DNA of 13,457 bases. Source: Gemmatimonadota bacterium. GTDB taxonomy: Bacteria > Latescibacterota > UBA2968 > UBA8231. Shown piece after piece: positions 7,705 to 13,457 of this stretch. The translations under genes were made by a program, and so were the position numbers. Positions within the stretch are counted from its first letter, which is position 1, and each line of letters starts with the position of its first letter. The stretch covers positions 1 to 13,457 of the forward strand of contig JAYPJE010000086.1 in the NCBI GenBank assembly GCA_038128265.1, written 5' to 3'. Under the pieces are notes generated by a model. It worked only from the letters and a program-made list of their open reading frames with translations. It searched no databases and was not told the origin of the DNA.

Positions 7705-8834
7705 TGCAAACGCTGCACGCACCGCAGGGATCGTTCCATCTGACGCGCTACCCGCAGCAGCGGCGCGATGCGCTGCGCGCGTGGGACGCCGCCGACGAGT
7801 ACCTACTCACGTATTTGAGCGAGCAGCAGCAACCCGCTCCGGGCCAGCGCGTTCTGATTCTCAACGACGGGTGGGGCGCGCTCTGTACGGCCCTGGCCGA
7901 TTGCGCTCCGCAGTCGCTTTCCGATTCGCTATTGGCGCATAGAGCGACTGGAGAAAACCACGCGCGCAACGGGCTACAGATGGACGATACCCGCCTGCTC
8001 ACACCGGTGGAAATGCCAACCCACTCGGTTGATTTGCTGCTCTTTAAGGTGCCCAAGAGTCTGGCACTCTTAGAAGATGAGTTGCACCGCCTGCGACCCT
8101 TTTTACGCGAAGAAACCACCGTTGTCGGCGCGGGCATGGTGCGCGACATTCACACCTCTACGCTGGAACTGTGCCAGCGGCTGATTGGTCCAACGCACAC
8201 CTCGCTGGCCAAGAAAAAAGCCCGGCTCATTTTCTGCGCACTAGACACAGCGCTCACCCCTGGCCCATCGCCCTACCCCACTCACTACGCGCTCGAAGGC
8301 ACGGATTTGGTATTGGAAAACGCGGCCAACGCGTTTTCGCGCGCACGCCTCGACAACGGCACGCGCCTCCTGCTCAAACACATTCCCCACGGCGGGCAAC
8401 AGTGGCGCATTGCCGACCTAGGCTGCGGCAACGGCGTGCTCGGCCTAGTCGCTGCGGCACGCAACCCAAATGCCGAAGTGCTCTTTGTCGACGAGTCATT
8501 TACAGCGGTAGACGCGGCGCGCGCTAACTTTCAGCGCGCGTTCGACGCGCGCACCGCCCAATTTATTGCCGGCGATGGCCTCGCAGAATGCGCCCCCAGC
8601 AGCCTAGATCTCGTACTCTGCAATCCGCCTTTCCACCGACAAAAAGCCATCGACGAGAGCGTGCCGTGGCGCCTGTTCCATCAGGCGCGAGCAGCGCTGC
8701 GCAGCGGTGGTCAACTATTAGTAGTCGGCAACAGCGGCCTAGGGCACTATACCCGCATCAAACGGCTCTTTGGCACCTGCAGCACCGTCGACAGCAACGG
8801 CTCATTCACCGTGCTATCCGCCCACAAGCGCTAG
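7704..8834 (+). CDS. rlmG: 23S rRNA (guanine-N2)-methyltransferase RlmG-like
   Basis: GTG start overlaps the upstream TAG (TAGTG), giving 376 aa. LRAWDAADEYLL, ILNDGWGAL, KVPKSLALLE, IHTSTL, TSLAKKKARLI, SAM motif DLGCGNG, FVDES and CNPPFH are all characteristic of RlmG. The ORF-track start at 7347 is an overlap artefact. Confidence 0.9.
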   Translation: MQTLHAPQGSFHLTRYPQQRRDALRAWDAADEYLLTYLSEQQQPAPGQRVLILNDGWGALCTALADCAPQSLSDSLLAHRATGENHARNGLQMDDTRLLTPVEMPTHSVDLLLFKVPKSLALLEDELHRLRPFLREETTVVGAGMVRDIHTSTLELCQRLIGPTHTSLAKKKARLIFCALDTALTPGPSPYPTHYALEGTDLVLENAANAFSRARLDNGTRLLLKHIPHGGQQWRIADLGCGNGVLGLVAAARNPNAEVLFVDESFTAVDAARANFQRAFDARTAQFIAGDGLAECAPSSLDLVLCNPPFHRQKAIDESVPWRLFHQARAALRSGGQLLVVGNSGLGHYTRIKRLFGTCSTVDSNGSFTVLSAHKR

Positions 8835-8843
8835 CCAACCTCC

Positions 8844-10217
8844 TTAAAAGACCCGAATTACCTGCCCTCGCTCGGTCTCTACGCGCGCGCGCACGGTTTC
8901 CGGCGTTTGCGGATTGTCTGGCCATTCCCGTGGAGGCACATGCGAGAGGCGCAGCAGCAGCCGAGCCAGTTGACCGGCATATTCCTTCAATTCACGCACG
9001 TTGATTTTGTCGCGCGTATCGGCCCCTTCGTGATGGTAGTTTGAGTCCGCGTGGCGGCCGTGAAAACGCCAGCGCCACAGGTGCGCTGCATCGACACCGA
9101 GCCGCAGAAAGGGGTAGTGGTCAGACGTTGAATCAAGCTGTGACATAACGTGACACCGCAGCCCATCGCCCAGCCCATCGAGCTGCTGCTGCACCAGCGC
9201 CTGCAGATGATCAAAAGCCAATACCACGCCTTTCATGTGGCCGGTCGACAGTTCGTCCAAATTGATTACCAAACGCGTCTGCGCGCTCTCTCCACAATGG
9301 CGTCGTGCATATTCGGCCGCTCCGGCTAGGCGCTGCTCTTCGGCGCTCAAGGTGGCAAAGCGCAGCGTGCGCCCCGGTGCGATTCCCTGCGATTGGCGCA
9401 GCGCTGCCAGCGCGCGCGCCGTCTCTAGCACCGCCAGCGTGCCCGAGGCGTTGTCGTTGCCGCCCGCCGTGCCCAACACGGTATCGTGGTGGCCCAAGAG
9501 CACAATGTGCTCTTCGGGCCAGTGTGCACCGGGCAGGTGGGCGACGACGTTTTGCGTCTGTGCCTCAAAAAAGCGACTCTCGACGTGCAAGTGGAGCGAC
9601 TGCCCCCCGTGCCGGCGCAGCAGCGCGCCGTGCTCGCGCGAGGTCGTCACGCAGGGCACGGGAGCTTCGGCCGATTCCGGTGCACGCCAGTCGCCGGCAT
9701 TGTGGTATTCGACGCGGCGACCGTCTTTCGGATCGACGCAGACAACGGCGGCGGCACCAGCCTCCGCCAGCAGTTTCAGACGCATGTAGAGCGGGACAGG
9801 CGTCACAAAGGGCTCGTAGGCAATATTCATCACGGCAATGGCACCCGGCAGCGCAGCACCTGCCGATTCCAGGTGGCGTGCGGTACCAAATTGCACATCG
9901 ACGAGCGGAGCCGTGAGTTGGCAAGGAGGACAGCGGTTAAAAGGAAGCAGGTCTATCGCAATGGCACCCGCTTCGAGCAGCGCCTCGGCGCGCGTATACT
10001 CCCACGTCGGCAGTTCAAACTCCTCGAGTGCGGTGCCCTCTAGCCCATCTTCGGCAAACTGTGCGCACACATATTCAGCGGCGCGACGCTCTCCGGCGCT
10101 GGTGGCCCAGCGCGGACCGATTTCTTCGCAGAGTACACCCGCGCGTTCGGTAATGCGTGACCCCGTCCACGCCTGGCCAAATAAAAAGCGATCAATCGAA
10201 CTCCAATCGAGTTGCAT
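8844..10217 (-). CDS. M28 family zinc metallopeptidase with PA-like insert, no signal peptide
   Basis: Zn-ligand motifs GHHDT, GGNDNASG, AEEQ, INLD, SDHYPF and YHHEGADT. N-terminal IGPRWATSAGERRAAEY. ATG 10217 follows GGGAGAGG. Confidence 0.9.
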   Translation of the reverse strand: MQLDWSSIDRFLFGQAWTGSRITERAGVLCEEIGPRWATSAGERRAAEYVCAQFAEDGLEGTALEEFELPTWEYTRAEALLEAGAIAIDLLPFNRCPPCQLTAPLVDVQFGTARHLESAGAALPGAIAVMNIAYEPFVTPVPLYMRLKLLAEAGAAAVVCVDPKDGRRVEYHNAGDWRAPESAEAPVPCVTTSREHGALLRRHGGQSLHLHVESRFFEAQTQNVVAHLPGAHWPEEHIVLLGHHDTVLGTAGGNDNASGTLAVLETARALAALRQSQGIAPGRTLRFATLSAEEQRLAGAAEYARRHCGESAQTRLVINLDELSTGHMKGVVLAFDHLQALVQQQLDGLGDGLRCHVMSQLDSTSDHYPFLRLGVDAAHLWRWRFHGRHADSNYHHEGADTRDKINVRELKEYAGQLARLLLRLSHVPPREWPDNPQTPETVRARVETERGQVIRVF

Positions 10218-10277
10218 GCTACCTCTCCCGTTTTCAGCATTGCTCAACATGGATACTCTGCGCGGGAAACAATGGAT

Positions 10278-10306
10278 TTGACGCAGGCCAGGCAACTGCG
10301 TAGCGT
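10278..10306 (+). promoter_or_regulatory. Candidate sigma70-type promoter for the SDR gene with an overlapping inverted repeat
   Basis: TTGACG (10278-10283), a 17-nt spacer, then TAGCGT (10301-10306). The palindrome ACGCAG-N9-CTGCGT (10281-10301) spans the spacer. Confidence 0.45.
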
Positions 10307-10369
10307 ATCCGCGTATGACACCTATGGCCAGCAATGGCCTACTCGCTTGCATGTAGAAAGGCATCCGCA

Positions 10370-11143
10370 GTGCAAGAGCATTTAGCCCATTTAATCGATC
10401 AGAGCGGCCGCGTAGCGCTAGTGACGGGCGCTCGACGCGGCATCGGCCGCAGCATAGCCGAAGTCTTTTTACAGGCCGGCGCTAACGTCGCGCTGGTTTC
10501 GCGCAATGCCGATGGCCTAGAAGAAACTGCACGCGTGCTGGCCGCTCAGTACGGAGCCGAACACGTGCTATCTCTGCCCTGTGATGTTGGCGACCGAACC
10601 CAAGTAGATCGGGCTATTGAGCACCTAGTCGACACCTGGGGGCGGGTCGACGTGCTAGTCAACAACGCCGGCCTGATTGGCTTTGGACCGCTCGAATCGA
10701 TTGAGCCAGACGATTGGAACAGCGTAATAAACGCCAACTTGACGGGCGCTTATCTGTGCAGCCGCGCCGTCGCCCCGCACATGCGCGCCGGCGGCAGCGG
10801 ACACATCGTCAACATCGCTTCCGTAAGCGCACAGACCGGCGGCGTGTCGGGCGGCGTGCACTACTCGGCTTCCAAAGGCGGCATGCTGGCCCTGACCAAA
10901 ACGCTGGCGCGCGATCTGGCCAGCGACGGCATCACCGTCAACGCCATTTCGCCGGGGCAAATCGACGCCGACCCCAACCTACTGACGCCCGAGGCCCGCC
11001 AGCGCGTGCTCGAACTCATTCCGCTTGGCCGCATCGGCCTGCCCGAGGACATCGCCTACGCCACGCTCTTTCTGTGCTCGAAAATGGCCGGCTATATAAC
11101 GGGAGCCACGCTCGACGTCAACGGCGGCATTCTCAAGCGATGA
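10370..11143 (+). CDS. Classical short-chain dehydrogenase/reductase (FabG-like, probably NADP-preferring)
   Basis: TGARRGIG, VSRN (basic residues suggest NADP), CDV, NNAG, NIAS, YSASK, VNAISPG and ITGATLDVNGG. GTG 10370 follows AGAAAGG; the alternative start is ATG 10334. Confidence 0.93.
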   Translation: MQEHLAHLIDQSGRVALVTGARRGIGRSIAEVFLQAGANVALVSRNADGLEETARVLAAQYGAEHVLSLPCDVGDRTQVDRAIEHLVDTWGRVDVLVNNAGLIGFGPLESIEPDDWNSVINANLTGAYLCSRAVAPHMRAGGSGHIVNIASVSAQTGGVSGGVHYSASKGGMLALTKTLARDLASDGITVNAISPGQIDADPNLLTPEARQRVLELIPLGRIGLPEDIAYATLFLCSKMAGYITGATLDVNGGILKR

Positions 11144-11304
11144 GCAACCGCGCGCCAGCACAGGAGATCGGCGTGAACTGCGCGGGAAATGTTTCTCCCC
11201 TGTACTAAACCCCGCACCGAACCGATGGGTATTCGACACAGCTATACCTAGCCGACATACGGCAAGATCTCGGCGCAGATACCGATCCATAGGAGACAGT
11301 CCCA

Positions 11305-12069
11305 ATGGAAAATGAGGCCAACGACACCAGCGCACGCATGGCAGCCGACCTGCGCGCGCTCGGCGTTGAACTGGGCGATGTGCTGCTCGTCCACTCGTCG
11401 TTTAAGTCGCTGGGCACCGTGCCCGGCGGCATAGAAACGGCAATACGCGGACTGAGAGAAAGTATCGGCAGTGAGGGCACACTGCTGCTTCCCGCCCTCA
11501 GCTATATGCAAGAACCACACCACCTGCACGACGCGCGCAACACGCCCTGCTGCGTCGGCGCCATACCCGAGTTTTTTCGCCTGCGCCAGGGCACGCTGCG
11601 CAGCCTGCATCCGACCCACTCCGTGTGCGGCGTTGGCCGGCACGTCGAAGCGCTCTTTGCGGATCACAACAGAGACCACACGCCCTGTGGTCCCCATTCG
11701 CCCTTGCGCACTATGATCGACTTCGACGCTAAAATCGTTATGCTCGGCTGCGGCCTGCGGCCCAATACGACCATGCACGCCATTGAGGAGTTTGTCGAAC
11801 CTCCCTACGTATTCGGTGAGGAATGCACTTACCATATAACTGACCTACGGGGACGCACTTTTGAAAAAACCTACATTTGCCACGGCTTTGACGGCTGGCG
11901 CCAGCGCTATGACCGCGTAGCCAACCTGCCCCAAGCCACCGACTTTATGCGCACGGGACGCGTGCTGCAGGCCGATACGCACGTGCTCTACACACCCCTG
12001 CTCAAAGAAGCCGCCATAGCCGCGATGAGAGAGGAACCGTTTTACTTTGTCGAACGCGAATCGGCGTAG
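11305..12069 (+). CDS. AAC(3)/YokD-family N-acetyltransferase (Antibiotic_NAT fold)
   Basis: LLVHSSFKSLG, GTLLLPALSY, GAIPEFFR, RSLHPTHSVCGVG, KIVMLGCG and NTTMHAIEE (TxxHxxE). RBS AGGAGA. Confidence 0.92.
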   Translation: MENEANDTSARMAADLRALGVELGDVLLVHSSFKSLGTVPGGIETAIRGLRESIGSEGTLLLPALSYMQEPHHLHDARNTPCCVGAIPEFFRLRQGTLRSLHPTHSVCGVGRHVEALFADHNRDHTPCGPHSPLRTMIDFDAKIVMLGCGLRPNTTMHAIEEFVEPPYVFGEECTYHITDLRGRTFEKTYICHGFDGWRQRYDRVANLPQATDFMRTGRVLQADTHVLYTPLLKEAAIAAMREEPFYFVERESA

Positions 12070-12073
12070 TCCA

Positions 12074-13099
12074 GTGGATCTAATCCGCACTCCACTTGCG
12101 GCGGCCGGGGCTTGCCATATTGGGAACGCACAGTGCATTCTGAGCATCGCCCTGTTCCTGCTAGGCACAGGGCTGTGTCCGCCGGCGCATGCCCAACCAT
12201 TCGATCGCCCACCGATGGTTGCCGCCGACGCCGAATTAGTAGAGTTATCCAGCGGACACGGCTTTGTCGAAGGCCCAGCCGTCGACGCTGACGGAACGCT
12301 TTTTTTTACCGACTTGGGCAACGGCACGATCAACGCGCTGCACGACAGCGTGATCCGCATCGTGCGAAGTAGCCGCGCCGATGCGGCCAACGGTCTTTCT
12401 TTTGACGCGCAAGGTCGCCTCTATGCCTGCGAAGGCGGCAGCGGGCGCGTGACCCGCACCAATGTGGACGGAAGCCTCACCGTGCTAGCTGATCAGTTCG
12501 AAGGCACGCGCTTTAATGCGCCCAACGATCTGGCCGTAGCCAGCGACGGCAGCGTCTACTTTACCGACCCCTATTTCGGTCCACGCACCTCTCAGCCCCA
12601 GCCCGTTACCGGCGTCTATAGAATCGCAGCAGACGGGCAGGTCAAATTGGTAATCGCTCACTTGGATCGCCCCAACGGCCTCGCCCTGAGTCCGGACGAG
12701 GCCACGCTCTACGTTACCAACGACAACCCGGCAGGCGTCGGCGAGATCCACGCATTTGACGTAGGCGCCGACGGCACGCTGAACAACAGACGTCTCTTTG
12801 CCACGGCCGCGTCCGTCATGGATGGCATGGTCGTCGACGCGGGCGGCACCCTCTACGCCACTAGCTTTATCTCCGGCCGCAACAGCAGCGGACGCGGCGT
12901 CTGGGTTTTTGCGTCAGACGGCCAGTTGTTGGGCCTGATTCCCACGCCCGAACAGCCGACCAACTGCACGCTAGCCAACGGCACACTCTATATAACGGCG
13001 AGTTCGCGCGTGTTCTCTATTGCATTGGACTTGCCTCCTGGCAACACGGCCGTGCAGCAAAACGTATGGGCACGGATTAAAAAGGTCGGTGTGGACTAA
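12074..13099 (+). CDS. Secreted SMP-30/gluconolactonase/LRE family beta-propeller protein
   Basis: GFVEGP, FFTD, ANGL, RFNAPNDL, VYFTDP, PNGLALSPD, MDGMVVD and PTNC. Signal peptide ILSIALFLLGTGLCPPAHA|Q. The start codon is uncertain (GTG 12074 or TTG 12047). Confidence 0.9.
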   Translation: MDLIRTPLAAAGACHIGNAQCILSIALFLLGTGLCPPAHAQPFDRPPMVAADAELVELSSGHGFVEGPAVDADGTLFFTDLGNGTINALHDSVIRIVRSSRADAANGLSFDAQGRLYACEGGSGRVTRTNVDGSLTVLADQFEGTRFNAPNDLAVASDGSVYFTDPYFGPRTSQPQPVTGVYRIAADGQVKLVIAHLDRPNGLALSPDEATLYVTNDNPAGVGEIHAFDVGADGTLNNRRLFATAASVMDGMVVDAGGTLYATSFISGRNSSGRGVWVFASDGQLLGLIPTPEQPTNCTLANGTLYITASSRVFSIALDLPPGNTAVQQNVWARIKKVGVD

Positions 13100-13457
13100 T
13101 GCTGGATCCCATCTATTTACAGCGCGGACTCGACGCGCTGTGCCGCGCCCACGCATTCGACTACTTTGCCGACGGCCACCGCGGTGGTGCCATCGTCTCG
13201 GCCTACTTCTTCTGCCGCGAAGAAGCCGTCGAAAAAGAAGCCTGTGCCCAGATCGCCGCGCTCATCGATGCCAACTGGACCTCTACACCGCTCTGCGCAC
13301 CTTTTGCCGACGAAGCACCTACCGGCAATGGCACAGAGCGCATCGCTGAGCACGTCGAGCGCAGTCTCGATCACCTGCGCCAGGCCGGACACAACGTCAT
13401 CTTGCCCTCGCTAGCGCTCAAGGCCTTTGCCCAGCGACCCGACCTACTAACTGAGTC
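13099..13457 (+). CDS. Hypothetical protein, 5' part only (runs off the window)
   Basis: ATG overlaps the upstream TAA (TAATG). The frame is open to the window end: MLDPIYLQRGLDALCRAHAFDYFADGHRGGAIVSAYFFCREEAVEKEACAQIAALIDANWTSTPLCAPFADEAPTGNGTERIAEHVERSLDHLRQAGHNVILPSLALKAFAQRPDLLTE. Codon pattern is like its neighbours. It is absent from the ORF track because it has no stop in the window. Confidence 0.85.
   Translation, partial: MLDPIYLQRGLDALCRAHAFDYFADGHRGGAIVSAYFFCREEAVEKEACAQIAALIDANWTSTPLCAPFADEAPTGNGTERIAEHVERSLDHLRQAGHNVILPSLALKAFAQRPDLLTE

Noticed and set aside
11140..11208. 22-aa ORF MSNRAPAQEIGVNCAGNVSPLY overlapping the SDR stop (ATGA), considered as a leader or RiPP precursor
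   Set aside because: No clear RBS, no RiPP maturases nearby, and ATGA overlaps arise easily at TGA stops. It would need ribosome profiling or conservation evidence.
7704..12069. RlmG plus AAC(3) as an antibiotic resistance island or self-resistance for a biosynthetic cluster
   Set aside because: RlmG is a housekeeping methylase, not a resistance methylase. There are no core biosynthetic genes, integrase or IS, and the two genes lie in separate transcription units.
463..12751. Many 60-200 aa antisense or alternate-frame ORFs in the track (e.g. 1089-1637, 4290-4784, 9305-9916, 11248-11835, 11845-12390)
   Set aside because: They overlap well-supported genes, have no motifs, and are typical of stop-poor frames in GC-rich DNA.
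13117..13392. 91-aa minus-strand ORF, plus the + strand ORFs 13020-13349 and 13166-13414
   Set aside because: These are shadows of the coupled + strand gene starting at 13099.

Overview
A gene-dense, GC-rich bacterial chromosomal segment with 12 complete CDSs and one CDS truncated at the right edge. I found no rRNA, tRNA, CRISPR array or mobile element. In order: a lipoprotein of ~12 receptor-L-domain-type 24-aa repeats (+); an FKBP-type PPIase lipoprotein (-); a beta-hydroxyacid dehydrogenase (-); a class-2-like dihydroorotate dehydrogenase with an altered active site (+); a Pgl/YbhE-type lactonase (-); a Cys-type sulfatase (+); a mandelate-racemase-subgroup enolase (+) coupled to RlmG 23S rRNA methyltransferase (+); an M28 peptidase (-); an SDR (+); an AAC(3)/YokD-family acetyltransferase (+); a secreted SMP-30/gluconolactonase (+); and a hypothetical protein missing from the ORF track (+, partial). 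The most notable signals are the DHODH paralogue with Cys in place of the class-2 catalytic Ser and changed orotate contacts, a short C-terminal tail (TAVQQNVWARIKK) on the secreted lactonase that looks like a lineage-specific sorting tag, the atypical enolase, and a possible loose sugar-acid catabolic set. All family calls come from motif recognition, not database searches.
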